A stretch of DNA of 64,000 nucleotides from an uncultured Gammaproteobacteria bacterium (GCA_964515785.1 CAZEWH010000003.1:16013-80012), one strand, 5' to 3'; positions 27,428 to 38,301 are shown, counted from the stretch's first letter. Notes: generated by a model from the letters alone, not told the origin. Numbers and translations are program-made.

Positions 27428-28231
27428 ATGCTTGATAATAACCAACAACTTAATAATACTGAACCAGCTACTATGGACATTGATAATACCAATACTACTC
27501 CACCGCCTGGACCACAAATTCCTAATCCTGTTAGTAAAATAAACCCAGGTCAAGCTACTTCCAATCAACTAGCCAATCAAGGTGTGGCTCCTGATAGAAC
27601 TAATCTAACAAATCCAGCTAATCCTGCTCCTCAAGCTCCACCTGCTCCTCAGATGACTCAACAACAAAATCAGACTCAAGAACAAACCTTTGGTAAAAGT
27701 GAATTACTTGATGCTGGGAAAATACTCCAAGAAGTATTGGAAATACAACCTGGTCAAATAGTAGCTGATCTTGGGGCTGGTGGTGGTATGTTTACCATCC
27801 AGACAGCTCGTTTGGTAGGTGACCGTGGCCAAGTCTATGCTGTAGATATCATGAAGAGCTCATTATCTGATATAGAATCAAAAGCTCGCATGACTGGCTT
27901 TAATAATGTAAAAGCAGTTTGGAGCAATCTAGAAATAGTAGGTGCTGCCAAAATCAATGAAGCCTCTCTAGATCATGCTATGCTAGTCAATGTTTTATTC
28001 CAATCCAAAAAACATTTTGAAATGATGACTGAAGCTACTAGACTTTTAAAACCAGGAGGAAAATTGTTGATTATTGATTGGAGTGATAATGCTCCTGGCT
28101 TTGCCCCACCAAAAGAAATGAAAGTTGACCCAGCTCAACTCAATGCTCATGCAGTAAAACTCAATCTATCCCTAGAACAAGAATTCAAAGCTGGTAATTA
28201 TCATTTTGGCTTAATATTCATAAAACAATAA
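27428..28231 (+). CDS. class I SAM-dependent methyltransferase with N-terminal P/Q/N-rich low-complexity region
   Basis: motif I VADLGAGGGMF; post-I acidic residue; about 100-aa N-terminal low-complexity tract. Confidence 0.55.
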   Translation: MLDNNQQLNNTEPATMDIDNTNTTPPPGPQIPNPVSKINPGQATSNQLANQGVAPDRTNLTNPANPAPQAPPAPQMTQQQNQTQEQTFGKSELLDAGKILQEVLEIQPGQIVADLGAGGGMFTIQTARLVGDRGQVYAVDIMKSSLSDIESKARMTGFNNVKAVWSNLEIVGAAKINEASLDHAMLVNVLFQSKKHFEMMTEATRLLKPGGKLLIIDWSDNAPGFAPPKEMKVDPAQLNAHAVKLNLSLEQEFKAGNYHFGLIFIKQ

Positions 28232-28233
28232 AT

Positions 28234-28300
28234 ACCCCCTCTTTTTCTCCCCCTAGACTAGGGGGAGATGTCGAATTTATGAGACAGTGGGGGTATTTTA
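28234..28300. repeat. three-stem GC-clamped intergenic element (family member 3)
   Basis: ACCCCCTCT...GTGGGGGT outer stem; CTCCCCCTAG-AC-CTAGGGGGAG and TGTC-GAATTTATGA-GACA inner hairpins; paralog of 20036-20103. Confidence 0.45.
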
Positions 28301-28336
28301 ATTGACAAAATATCAAAAATTTCTTAATATATTCTT

Positions 28337-28744
28337 ATGAATTTAGATAAATTATTAGATTGGTCATATTTATTTTATCGTTTGCCGCCAGCAGGCTTTT
28401 CTTGGGGCATGAGAATTTTCTTATTAGTCATTTTTATTAGTGCTTTGATTGTGGCTATCATTGCTGGCATCAAATATGCCAAAAAACAAGCTATTGTCAA
28501 AAACTTTTGGCGCAAATTGCAAGTCTGGGGTTGGACTACTGGCTTGGTTGGCTTATTATTGTTTTACTTCCGAGAAGTTAGAGCTATTTATTTAAGTTCT
28601 CGAGCCTGGCTATTTCTATGGCTAATAATAATATTTATTTGGTTAATATTTATTATTGTTTACTTATTTAGAGTTATTCCTAAAAAACAAGAAGCTAAAC
28701 AATCTAAAGAAGCTTTTGATAAATGGTTACCAAAGAAAAAATGA
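28337..28744 (+). CDS. small membrane protein
   Basis: 135 aa with three hydrophobic helices. Confidence 0.4.
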   Translation: MNLDKLLDWSYLFYRLPPAGFSWGMRIFLLVIFISALIVAIIAGIKYAKKQAIVKNFWRKLQVWGWTTGLVGLLLFYFREVRAIYLSSRAWLFLWLIIIFIWLIFIIVYLFRVIPKKQEAKQSKEAFDKWLPKKK

Positions 28745-28857
28745 CAGAGTCATCCTCGGGCTTGACCTGAGGATCCAGAAATTTAATTTACTAGATCCCC
28801 GCCTACGCGGGGATGACATTTATAAAAACAGGCAAGATCATTAACCTGTTTTTTATG

Positions 28858-29196
28858 TACAAAAAATCTCTAGGCACTCGCGGTGAAAATATTGCCGTCA
28901 GATACTATGAAAATTTAGGCTATAAAATAATCCAGCAAAATTTCTGGACTGTTTTAGGTGAACTAGATCTTGTTTTAGAAAAAAATAAACAAATATTAGT
29001 AGTAGAAGTAAAAACCCGCTGCAATGACAAATTTGGTTGGGGTGAAGAATGTATTAGTCCCAAAAAATTGATAAATATCCAGCAAGCCTATTATGTCTTA
29101 CAGCAAGAAATGGACTTACCTGAATATTTTGAAATAGAAATCTGTGCTATAGAGCTAAGCTATAAAAAAGCTAAGATCAAGAGATTTTTGATATAA
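28858..29196 (+). CDS. yraN: YraN-family (UPF0102) putative endonuclease
   Basis: GENIAVRYYENLGYKIIQQNF...GELDLVL...VVEVKTR matches YraN signature; start set at MYKKS Met. Confidence 0.55.
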   Translation, partial: YKKSLGTRGENIAVRYYENLGYKIIQQNFWTVLGELDLVLEKNKQILVVEVKTRCNDKFGWGEECISPKKLINIQQAYYVLQQEMDLPEYFEIEICAIELSYKKAKIKRFLI

Positions 29197-29286
29197 TATT
29201 GACTTTTTTACCTAAATAAGCTAGACTATTGTTACATTAAGCTAGTTTATTAAACTAGCTTATTTTTATAAGTAAATTTTAATAAA

Positions 29287-30528
29287 ATGGCAAACGACAA
29301 AAGTATTGCTACAGCCATCAAACAGATTTGCGAGGAAAAAAACCTTTCAATGGAAGCAGTTATTTCTGCTATAGAGGCAGCCCTAGCAGCCGCCTACCGC
29401 AAAGAATTTGGTAACAAAGATCAAAATATCAAAGTTGTCTTCAATGCTGATAATGCTCAGACAGCTGTTTTTGATGTAAAAACTGTAGTAGAAGATGTTG
29501 ATTTGGAAGAAGAGGAAAAATTACTCGAAGCTCAACGCGAAAAACGTGAAGCTGGCGAGGAAATTCCTGAAGAAGACATTATCAAAAAATTTAATACTCG
29601 TGCTGAAATTATGATCTCTGAAGCACTGGAAATAAATCCAGATTATAAAATCGGCGACATCATCGAAACAAAACTAGAAGTCCCAGAAGAATACGGACGT
29701 ATGGCAGCTCAGACTGCCAAACAAGTCATTGTCCAGCGTCTACGTGAAGCTGAGCGTGACCATATATTTTCTGAATACAAAGACAAAGAAAATGAACTTG
29801 TACTTGGCACAATCCAAAGAAAAGAAGGTCGTCGCTTTATTGTCGATCTTGGCAAAGCCAATGGTGTCCTACCACCAGAAGAGCAAATACGTAGTGAAGG
29901 ATACAATATTGGTACTCGCCTCAACTTTTTTATTGTCCAGGTGCATATGACAAACAAAGGACCAGAAATTGTCTTATCTCGTACTCACCCAGAAATTGTC
30001 CGTGAATTATTTGCCACTGAAGTACCAGAAATAGCCGCTGGCTCAGTAGAGATAAAAGGCATTGCTCGTGAAGCAGGAAGTCGTTCTAAAATTGCAGTAA
30101 CTGCTACTGAAGAAAACATAGATCCAGTTGGCTCTTGTGTTGGTCAAAAAGGCTCTCGAGTCCAAACAGTAATCAACGAACTAGGTGGTGAAAAAATAGA
30201 CATTATTGAATGGGATGAAGATATTAAGACTTTTATTGCCAATGCTTTGAGTCCAGCTGAAATTGATAAAATTGAAACTGACGAAGAAAATAGTACTGCT
30301 TCTGTCATGGTTCATGACGATCAATTGTCTCTGGCAATTGGTAAGAGTGGACAAAATGCTCGTCTAGCTGCCAAGCTATCTGGCTGGAAGATTGATATTA
30401 TCTCTCCTAACTCTGAAGGAAAAATAGACAAAGAAGAAAAAGAAGATAAAACTGAAGAGAAAGATGAAGTAGCTGAAGAAGTTAAAGAAGAAAAACCAAA
30501 GAAGAAAAAAACTACAACTAAAAAATAA
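29287..30528 (+). CDS. nusA: transcription termination/antitermination factor NusA
   Basis: N-terminal NusA domain, S1 domain, two KH domains ([18 protein letters not shown]), Lys-rich tail. Confidence 0.85.
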   Translation: MANDKSIATAIKQICEEKNLSMEAVISAIEAALAAAYRKEFGNKDQNIKVVFNADNAQTAVFDVKTVVEDVDLEEEEKLLEAQREKREAGEEIPEEDIIKKFNTRAEIMISEALEINPDYKIGDIIETKLEVPEEYGRMAAQTAKQVIVQRLREAERDHIFSEYKDKENELVLGTIQRKEGRRFIVDLGKANGVLPPEEQIRSEGYNIGTRLNFFIVQVHMTNKGPEIVLSRTHPEIVRELFATEVPEIAAGSVEIKGIAREAGSRSKIAVTATEENIDPVGSCVGQKGSRVQTVINELGGEKIDIIEWDEDIKTFIANALSPAEIDKIETDEENSTASVMVHDDQLSLAIGKSGQNARLAAKLSGWKIDIISPNSEGKIDKEEKEDKTEEKDEVAEEVKEEKPKKKKTTTKK

Positions 30529-30545
30529 CTATAATTTACAAAATT

Positions 30546-32597
30546 ATGTCACACATTATTTTACTTGCTATTTTAGCATCTGTCATCTCTATCATTTTTG
30601 GAGTGATTTTAATCCAAAAAATTCTCAAAAAACCTAGAGGTGATGAAAAAATGAAAGCGATTGCTGACGCTATCCAAGCTGGCGCCAAAGCTTATCTAAG
30701 TCGTCAATACAAAACTATTGCTTACCTAGCTATTGCTTTATTTATTGTTCTGGGTTTTGTAGTTGATTGGTATACAGCTATTGCCTTTTTGATAGGAGCT
30801 GTTTTATCTGCTGCAGCTGGTATCATTGGTATGAATATCTCTGTACGTACCAATGTCCGGACAGCTGAAGCTGCCAAAAAGGGAATCCAACCAGCTATGA
30901 AATTAGCCGTCTTGGGCGGTGCAGTGACTGGTATGCTTGTCGTGGGCTTAGCATTACTTGGTGTAGCAGGGATGTATCTTATCCCAGCTGTTACTGTCAA
31001 ACACTTGATTGGTTTAGGATTTGGTGGAAGTCTTATTTCTGTCTTTGCTAGACTTGGTGGTGGTATTTTTACCAAGGCTGCTGATGTTGGAGCTGACCTA
31101 GTTGGAAAAGTCGAAGCTGGCATCCCAGAAGATGACCCTCGTAACCCAGCTGTGATTGCTGACAATGTTGGTGACAATGTTGGTGACTGCGCTGGCATGG
31201 CTGCAGATCTGTTTGAAACCTATGCAGTCACACTTGTAGCTGCTATGTTACTAGGTTCTTTGACTTTTGTTGATTTTGACAATGCTGTGCTTTATCCTCT
31301 AGCCCTTGGCGCTGTAGCGATTGTTACTTCTTTAGTTAGTTTAGCTTTTATCCGTCTCAAAAAAAATCAATCAGTTGAAGAAATCCAAAAAAATAATGGC
31401 ATTATGAAAGCTCTATACAAAGGTTTGATAGCAGCTGGTGTTTTGACTGTAGTTGGCTTTTTCTTTGTAACAAAATACATGATGTCCGATCTAGTGACTG
31501 CCAACTATATGAATATTTACTATGCTAGTTTAGTTGGTCTAGTAGTAACTGCTTTTATCGTTTGGATTACAGAGTATTATACTTCAGATAGATACAAACC
31601 AGTCAAATCAATTGCCAAAGCTTCTGAAACTGGTCATGGCACAAACATCATCCAAGGTTTGGCTATTAGTATGAAATCTACTGCTTGGCCAATTTTGGTA
31701 ATTGTAGCTGGTATTATCGTAGCTTTCCAATTGGCTGGACTTTATGGGATTGCTATTGCTGCTATGAGCATGTTGTCTCTAGCTGGTATTATAGTCACTA
31801 TCGATGCCTATGGACCAATCACTGACAATGCTGGTGGTATTGCTGAAATGGCTGAACTAGATGACTCTGTTCGTAATATTACTGATCCTCTAGACTCAGT
31901 CGGTAATACAACAAAAGCTGTAACCAAAGGATATGCTATTGCTTCTGCAGGATTAGCTGCTCTAGTATTGTTTGCTGCTTATACTCAAGACCTCTTGCAC
32001 TTTGGTCAATCATTTTCATTTACCTTAGAAAATCCATATGTCTTAGCTGGTCTATTTATTGGCGGTCTATTACCATATTTCTTTGGAGCCCTATCTATGG
32101 AAGCTGTTGGTAAAACTGCTGGCTATGTTGTCAAAGAAGTTAGACGTCAATTCAAAGCCAAACCTGGTATTATGCAGGGTACTGAAAAACCAGACTATGA
32201 AGCAGCTGTTGATATTGTGACTAAAGGAGCGTTGAAACAAATGATTGTACCAGCTTTGATCCCAGTCTTGGTACCTATTTTGATAATGATTATTTTTGGT
32301 AAATTTGTTAGCTTAGAAGCTGGCTTACTGGTCTTGGGCGGTACTCTAGTTGGTAGTATCGTAACTGGTATCTTTATTGCTATTTCTATGACATCTGGTG
32401 GAGGTGCTTGGGACAATGCCAAGAAATATATTGAAAATGGTAATCATGGTGGCAAAGGTTCTGAAGCTCATAAAGCTGCTGTAACTGGTGACACAGTTGG
32501 TGATCCCTACAAGGACACAGCTGGTCCAGCTATCAATCCTATGATTAAAATTTTGAATGTTGTTGCTCTATTACTAATTATTATTATTTTTGCTTAA
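30546..32597 (+). CDS. hppA: membrane-bound proton-translocating pyrophosphatase
   Basis: [41 protein letters not shown] and C-terminal [14 protein letters not shown] motifs; 683 aa polytopic. Confidence 0.9.
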   Translation: MSHIILLAILASVISIIFGVILIQKILKKPRGDEKMKAIADAIQAGAKAYLSRQYKTIAYLAIALFIVLGFVVDWYTAIAFLIGAVLSAAAGIIGMNISVRTNVRTAEAAKKGIQPAMKLAVLGGAVTGMLVVGLALLGVAGMYLIPAVTVKHLIGLGFGGSLISVFARLGGGIFTKAADVGADLVGKVEAGIPEDDPRNPAVIADNVGDNVGDCAGMAADLFETYAVTLVAAMLLGSLTFVDFDNAVLYPLALGAVAIVTSLVSLAFIRLKKNQSVEEIQKNNGIMKALYKGLIAAGVLTVVGFFFVTKYMMSDLVTANYMNIYYASLVGLVVTAFIVWITEYYTSDRYKPVKSIAKASETGHGTNIIQGLAISMKSTAWPILVIVAGIIVAFQLAGLYGIAIAAMSMLSLAGIIVTIDAYGPITDNAGGIAEMAELDDSVRNITDPLDSVGNTTKAVTKGYAIASAGLAALVLFAAYTQDLLHFGQSFSFTLENPYVLAGLFIGGLLPYFFGALSMEAVGKTAGYVVKEVRRQFKAKPGIMQGTEKPDYEAAVDIVTKGALKQMIVPALIPVLVPILIMIIFGKFVSLEAGLLVLGGTLVGSIVTGIFIAISMTSGGGAWDNAKKYIENGNHGGKGSEAHKAAVTGDTVGDPYKDTAGPAINPMIKILNVVALLLIIIIFA

Positions 32598-32618
32598 ACT
32601 TACTTAATATAAATTATT

Positions 32619-33899
32619 ATGAAAATCACCAAAAAAGACCTAGACAAAAGCCAAATTGAATTGACTATTGAAGTGTCTCTTGAAGAAATCAAACCTCATT
32701 TAGACAAAGCTGCTAATCAAATTGCTGAAAAAAATAAAATTCCTGGATTTCGTCCAGGTAAAGCTCCTTATGATTTGATCAAAAGCAAATTTGGAGAAAT
32801 GGCTATTCTACAAGCTGCTGTAGATAGTGTTGTGTCTGAAACTTATTTTAAAGCTGTAACTCAAGAAAAATTACAAACTATCGGACAACCTCAGATCAAT
32901 GTTGAAAAAATTGCTCCCAATAACCCTATAGTTTATAAAGCAACTGTTGCTTTATTACCAAAAATTACTTTGGGAAAATGGCAAGATCTGTCTATAAAAA
33001 AACAATCAGTCAAAGCAACAGATGAAGAGATAGAAAAAACTATCCAAGAACTCCAAGATATGAATGTCAAAGAAAAAATAACTGACAAGGCTATTGCTAA
33101 GGGTAGCAAAGCAGAAATTGATTTTGAAGTTACTTTTGATAAAGTTGTCATCGAAGGTGGCAAACATAGTAAATATCCGATTGTGATTGGTGAGGGAAAT
33201 ATGATCCCTGGTTTTGAAGATAATTTAATTGGTATGAAAAAAGGAGAAGATAAAAAGTTTTCTCTCAAATTTCCTGACAAATATTTTCAAAGCAACTTAG
33301 CTGGTAAAAAACATGAGTTTGCAGTCAAGATACTTGAAGTATATGAAAGAGATCTGCCAAAACTAGATGATGCTTTTGCAAAAACTATTGGTTTTGAAAG
33401 TTTAGATAAATTTAAAAAACAATTAACCGAGAATATTACCCAAGATAAAGACACCAAAGAACAACAGCGAGTAGAAGCCGAAGCTATCAAGACTATTATT
33501 GATGCTTCTGAGCTGGCTGATATTCCTGAAATCTTGATCCATAACGAAATACATAAAATGATACATGAATTAGAACATAATATTGAACAACAAGGTATGG
33601 ATATGGATGGATATTTAAAATCTATCAAAAAAACCAAAGAAGATTTACAAAAAGATTTTGAACCTCAGGCTATTGAGCGTATCAAAGGGGCTCTAATTTT
33701 GCGACAAATCTCTGACGAAGAAAAAATTAATATCAGTGATAAAGAAATTGATGCAGAACTGACTAAGCAAGAAGAAATGTACAAAGACAACCCTCAGGCA
33801 ATGCAAAATATTAAACAACCAGAATATCGTACTTATCTTCAAAATTTATTGGCCAATCAAGCGGTCATCAAATTTATCAACGAAAAAATCATCAAGTAA
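32619..33899 (+). CDS. tig: trigger factor
   Basis: MKITKKDLDKSQIELTIEV N-terminal ribosome-binding domain, FKBP-like middle region, 426 aa. Confidence 0.85.
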   Translation: MKITKKDLDKSQIELTIEVSLEEIKPHLDKAANQIAEKNKIPGFRPGKAPYDLIKSKFGEMAILQAAVDSVVSETYFKAVTQEKLQTIGQPQINVEKIAPNNPIVYKATVALLPKITLGKWQDLSIKKQSVKATDEEIEKTIQELQDMNVKEKITDKAIAKGSKAEIDFEVTFDKVVIEGGKHSKYPIVIGEGNMIPGFEDNLIGMKKGEDKKFSLKFPDKYFQSNLAGKKHEFAVKILEVYERDLPKLDDAFAKTIGFESLDKFKKQLTENITQDKDTKEQQRVEAEAIKTIIDASELADIPEILIHNEIHKMIHELEHNIEQQGMDMDGYLKSIKKTKEDLQKDFEPQAIERIKGALILRQISDEEKINISDKEIDAELTKQEEMYKDNPQAMQNIKQPEYRTYLQNLLANQAVIKFINEKIIK

Positions 33900-33936
33900 G
33901 ATGATTTTTTCTTTTAAACTTGCTATAATATAAGCT

Positions 33937-34725
33937 ATGTATGAAACCGAATTAAAAATAGCTAAACAAGCTGTCCGAAGTGCGAGTAAATTTTTGAAAC
34001 CAGAATTTTTTAATTGGAAAATAGGTGGTGGTAAACTAAAAAATGGCGATGAAATAGTTACTTATTGTGATAAAAAATCTGAAAAAATTATTTTAACTAA
34101 GTTAAAAAAACATTTTCCCAAATATACTGTACTTTCTGAGGAAAAGGGATTAATAGATAATCATAGTGATTATTTTTGGACTATCGATCCCTTAGATGGT
34201 ACTTCTAATTTTACAAATCATAATCCGTTTTGGGCGGTATCTATTAGCTTGTTTTATAAAAAAGAAGTAGTGCTTGGCGTGACCTATTGTCCGATTTTAG
34301 ACGAAATGTATTGGGCTATCAAAAATCAAGGAGCTTATAAAAATAAAACTAAACTCAAAATATCTCAAGAACAAAATATAAAAAAATATATCATTGGTTA
34401 CAACCACGGTACTTCTTCAGATGATACCAAAAAAATATTCAAAATGTATTATCATTTTCAAAAGACGGTTCATCGGACTAGAAATTTTTATTGTACTAGT
34501 TTACAAATGGCTCTGACAGCTGGTGGTTATCTTGACGCTTATATGGTAAAAAACCCACACATATGGGATGTGGCTGCTGGAATTATTTTGTTGCAAGAAG
34601 CTGGTGCTACATTGACTGACTGGAAAAATAAACCTTGGATTAAAAATTCAAAAAGTATCTTAGCTAGTAACAAAAAAATGCATCCTATTTTACTAAAAGA
34701 ACTAAAAAAACTCAAACTTGCCTAA
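33937..34725 (+). CDS. inositol monophosphatase/FBPase family protein
   Basis: WTIDPLDGTSNF motif, WDVAAG near C-terminus. Confidence 0.7.
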   Translation: MYETELKIAKQAVRSASKFLKPEFFNWKIGGGKLKNGDEIVTYCDKKSEKIILTKLKKHFPKYTVLSEEKGLIDNHSDYFWTIDPLDGTSNFTNHNPFWAVSISLFYKKEVVLGVTYCPILDEMYWAIKNQGAYKNKTKLKISQEQNIKKYIIGYNHGTSSDDTKKIFKMYYHFQKTVHRTRNFYCTSLQMALTAGGYLDAYMVKNPHIWDVAAGIILLQEAGATLTDWKNKPWIKNSKSILASNKKMHPILLKELKKLKLA

Positions 34726-34757
34726 AATATAAAAGTCTGCTAAATTATTATCCTCAA

Positions 34758-34832
<75 letters not shown>

Positions 34833-34833
34833 T

Positions 34834-34855
34834 CTCGCAATGCGAGATTTTTTTG
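34834..34855 (+). terminator. terminator hairpin after tRNA-Cys
   Basis: TCTCGCA-A-TGCGAGA + TTTTTTT. Confidence 0.55.
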
Positions 34856-34871
34856 ATACAAAAAAGCCCGA

Positions 34872-35075
34872 CTATTCAGTCGAGCCTTGATTTGATTCTT
34901 CTTGAGGAAGTTTGCAGCAAGCATCAGCTTCGTCAAAAGTCATGTATCGCATCCCGCAGACCGGGCAACGATAACGGCCATCGATACGGCCGTGTCGTTC
35001 GGCTTCAGACAACAGTTTGTGGTACTTGACATACTTCTTGGTTGCGGCATCATTTTGACTACCACTCACGTTCAT
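34872..35075 (-). CDS. zinc-ribbon-like mini-protein, GC-rich (tRNA-cluster island)
   Basis: RCPVCGMRYMTFDEADACCK; AAGGAGG abuts the ATG, so GTG at 35069 (6-nt spacing) is the likelier start; terminator CGACTGAATAGTCG + T-run downstream. Confidence 0.45.
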   Translation of the reverse strand: MNVSGSQNDAATKKYVKYHKLLSEAERHGRIDGRYRCPVCGMRYMTFDEADACCKLPQEESNQGSTE

Positions 35076-35234
35076 CCTCCTTGCAAAGGTACAAAGAACT
35101 ATTCTAAATTATCATAATTTTTTAGCTATGGCAAATAAAAAATCACGTAAAGACGCGAGCGTCCACGTGATAAAACAAAAACAAGCTAAAAGCTTGAATG
35201 GCGTGCCACGAACTTGAGCGAAGCGAATAGTTTG

Positions 35235-35322
35235 TGGTACCGGCGATCGGACTTGAACCGATACGGCCAATGGCCACAGGATTTTAAGTCCTGCGTGTCT
35301 ACCAATTCCACCACGCCGGCAC
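35235..35322 (-). tRNA. tRNA-Leu (anticodon UAA), long variable arm, CCA encoded
   Basis: reverse complement GTGCCGGCGTGGTGGAATTGGTAGACACGCAGGACTTAAAATCCTG...GGTTCAAGTCCGATCGCCGGTACCA. Confidence 0.8.
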
Positions 35323-35332
35323 GTTCTCAAAC

Positions 35333-35409
35333 TGGAGCGAGTGACCGGATTCGAACCGGCGACCTTTTCCTTGGCAAGGAAACGTTCTAGCCAACTGAAC
35401 TACACTCGC
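35333..35409 (-). tRNA. tRNA-Gly (anticodon GCC), CCA encoded
   Basis: reverse complement GCGAGTGTAGTTCAGTTGGCTAGAACGTTTCCTTGCCAAGGAAAAGGTCGCCGGTTCGAATCCGGTCACTCGCTCCA. Confidence 0.8.
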
Positions 35410-35583
35410 TTGTATAAATAATATAACTGGAATAAACTACCTGCCTTCCGAAGCTTTAGCGTAGGGAGGCACTCGCTTATATATACGCTACATATTATAT
35501 AGAAAACAGCTAAAAAGTCAAGTATTTACCCTTGTTTTATATGCTATAAATGATATTATTAATATACTTATTTCAGACAAAAT

Positions 35584-38301
35584 ATGGGCAAAAAGACCAA
35601 AAAACTAGTTGTTATAGATAGTCATGCATTGTTACATAGAGCTTGGCATGCAGTACCTCCTTTGAGTACCAAAGACGGCATTATGGTCAATGCAGTTTTT
35701 GGATATACCTCTTTACTCCTCAATATTATCAAAGAAATAAAACCAGATTATCTAATAGCTTCTTTTGATGTAGCTGGTGGTACTTTTCGTCATGAACAAT
35801 ATGAAGAATACAAAGCTCAGCGAGTAAAACAAGCTGATGAATTTTATGATCAAATCCCCTTGGCTTATGAAATTTTAGAAGCTTTTAATATTCCTATTCT
35901 CACAAAAAAAGGTTTTGAAGCTGATGATATAATAGGCACAATAGCGGCTCAGACTTATAAAAATCATGAAGACGTAGAAACTATTATAGTAACGGGAGAT
36001 TTGGACACTTTGCAATTAGTCAATGGCCGCGTCAAAGTCATGACTTTGAAACGTGGTTTTAATGATACAATTATTTATGACAAAACTGCAGTAGTCGAAC
36101 GCTATGGTCTTAATCCAGATCAGCTTATAGATATGAAAGCAATCATGGGTGATAGTTCTGACAATATCAAAGGTGTGGCTGGGATTGGTCTCAAAGGAGC
36201 CACTGATCTTATCAAAGAATTTGGTAATCTAGAAGATGTTTATAAAAATCTAGATAAAATTTCCAAAGACAGAACTAAAAAATTATTATCAGAGCAAAAA
36301 AAAGAAGCTTTTGAGAGTAAAGAGCTAGTTACTATTGTCCAGGATGTGTCTATCAAGTGGAAATTAGAACAGGCAAAATTTTCTGACTTTGATCCTGAAG
36401 AAGTTTACGAAATTTTCAAAAAATTTGAATTTAATTCTTTACTAAATCGTATTCCACACAAAGAGGCTAAGCAAAATACTAATGAAATTTTTTCTAAAAA
36501 AGGTTTTGATTATAAATTAATAAACTCAAGACCTGATTTTGCTAAATTTTTACAAGAATTAAAACAACAAAAATTAATCTCTATAGATACAGAAACTTCT
36601 GGGCTAGATGTCTTGACTGAAGAAATTTTAGGCATTTCTTTTGCTTGGAAAAAACAACATGGCTATTATATTAATTTGTCTAATAAAGATTTAAAACAAG
36701 AAGCTCTAGGCAAACTAAAACCAATCTTAGAAGATAATAAAATCAAAAAAATTGGGCATAACCTAAAATTTGATTATAAAGTTTTTAAAACTCTAGACAT
36801 AGAATTAAACGGTATTGCTTTTGATACTATATTAGCTGCTTATTTGATCAATCCTAGCCGAGGTTTACGCCTAGAAGAGCTGGCTTTTAGCTATCTTGGT
36901 TACAAAAAACTTAAACTTATAGACTTGTTTGACGAAAAGCCTAAAAATAAAAAAGCCCTAGATATCAAAGCTATCCCTCTAGATAGATTGGCTTGGTATG
37001 GAGTAGAAGATGTAGATATCACGCTGCGTTTATATCAAAAATTATTACCACTAACTAAAGACAATAAAAATTTTGAACTATTACAACAGATTGAAATACC
37101 ACTTATTCCAGCTTTAGCTGATATGGAACTTAATGGCATTGCATTAGATACTGATTTCTTAAAAATCATGTCCAAAGAATTTGCTTCTAATATCAAAAAA
37201 ATAACTAGCAAAATATATAAATTATCTGGACAAGAGTTTAATATTGCTTCTCCTAAGCAACTTAAGGAAATTTTATTTGAAAATTTAGAAATCAGTGCCG
37301 ACGGCATCAAAAAAACCAAGACCGGTCTATCCACTGCAGCTTCAGAACTTGAAAAACTAAAAAACAAACATGATATCATTCCACTAATTATAGAATACAG
37401 AGAACTAGCCAAACTACAATCTACTTATATCAATGCTCTGCCTGAATTATGTAACAAAAACACAAAGCGAGTCCATACTAGCTTCAACCAGACAGTTACT
37501 ATTACTGGTCGTTTGTCTTCTTCTGATCCAAATCTACAAAATATCCCTATCCGGACTGCTTTGGGTCGCGAGATTCGTAAGGCTTTTGTGGCACCACGCA
37601 ATCATGTCTTACTGTCAGCTGATTATTCTCAAATTGAGCTACGACTAGCAGCTGCTATTTCCAAAGATCCTAAAATGATGAAAGCTTTTAAGAATAAGGA
37701 AGATATTCATGCTCGTACAGCCGCTGAAATACATAAGATAGATCTAAAAGATGTTACCAAAGAAACACGTCGGACTGCCAAAGAAGTAAATTTTGGTGTA
37801 CTCTATGGTTTGGGTTCTACTGGACTAGCTCAACGTACTGATATGAACCGCAATGAAGCTAAAGAATTTATTACAAAATACTTTACAGTTTACAAAAAAA
37901 TAGATGATTATATAAAAAATACCAAAGCTTTTGCTCATCGCCATGGCTTTGTCCAAACTTTGTTTGGTCGCCGGCGCTATCTACCAGATATCAATTCTTA
38001 TATGCCTATGCTCAAAGCTCAAGCCGAACGCATGGCTATCAATATGCCTATCCAGGGTACAGCTGCAGATCTGATGAAACTAGCTATGATCAAAATATAC
38101 CAAGACTTGCCAAAAATTGATGCAAAGTCTAAAATAGTCCTACAAGTGCACGATGAATTAGTACTAGAAGTGCCAAAAAACTCAATTAAAAAAGTAGCTA
38201 AGTTCGTCAAAACTACCATGGAAGATATCTATAAATTATCTGTACCACTAGTGGTAGATATCGAAGTTGGTCGCACTTGGGGAAATTTGGAAAAACTATG
38301 A
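35584..38301 (+). CDS. polA: DNA polymerase I
   Basis: 5'-3' exonuclease N-terminus, 3'-5' exo-like middle, polymerase motifs DYSQIELR and QVHDELVLE; 905 aa. Confidence 0.9.
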   Translation: MGKKTKKLVVIDSHALLHRAWHAVPPLSTKDGIMVNAVFGYTSLLLNIIKEIKPDYLIASFDVAGGTFRHEQYEEYKAQRVKQADEFYDQIPLAYEILEAFNIPILTKKGFEADDIIGTIAAQTYKNHEDVETIIVTGDLDTLQLVNGRVKVMTLKRGFNDTIIYDKTAVVERYGLNPDQLIDMKAIMGDSSDNIKGVAGIGLKGATDLIKEFGNLEDVYKNLDKISKDRTKKLLSEQKKEAFESKELVTIVQDVSIKWKLEQAKFSDFDPEEVYEIFKKFEFNSLLNRIPHKEAKQNTNEIFSKKGFDYKLINSRPDFAKFLQELKQQKLISIDTETSGLDVLTEEILGISFAWKKQHGYYINLSNKDLKQEALGKLKPILEDNKIKKIGHNLKFDYKVFKTLDIELNGIAFDTILAAYLINPSRGLRLEELAFSYLGYKKLKLIDLFDEKPKNKKALDIKAIPLDRLAWYGVEDVDITLRLYQKLLPLTKDNKNFELLQQIEIPLIPALADMELNGIALDTDFLKIMSKEFASNIKKITSKIYKLSGQEFNIASPKQLKEILFENLEISADGIKKTKTGLSTAASELEKLKNKHDIIPLIIEYRELAKLQSTYINALPELCNKNTKRVHTSFNQTVTITGRLSSSDPNLQNIPIRTALGREIRKAFVAPRNHVLLSADYSQIELRLAAAISKDPKMMKAFKNKEDIHARTAAEIHKIDLKDVTKETRRTAKEVNFGVLYGLGSTGLAQRTDMNRNEAKEFITKYFTVYKKIDDYIKNTKAFAHRHGFVQTLFGRRRYLPDINSYMPMLKAQAERMAINMPIQGTAADLMKLAMIKIYQDLPKIDAKSKIVLQVHDELVLEVPKNSIKKVAKFVKTTMEDIYKLSVPLVVDIEVGRTWGNLEKL

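Noticed and set aside
28745-28850. Three consecutive hairpins upstream of yraN as a possible small RNA or tRNA-like element
   Set aside because: The stems are simple terminator-like hairpins: ATCCTC...GAGGAT, ATCCCCGC-CTAC-GCGGGGAT, and AACAGG...CCTGTT plus a T-run. There is no cloverleaf and no conserved loop motifs. It is most simply a compound terminator after the preceding membrane-protein gene.
35112-35330. 72-aa ORF 35112-35330 (-) and 34772-35117 plus-strand ORFs
   Set aside because: 35112-35330 is read straight through tRNA-Leu, and the others run antisense to the zinc-ribbon cassette. tRNA structure and SD/terminator evidence take precedence.
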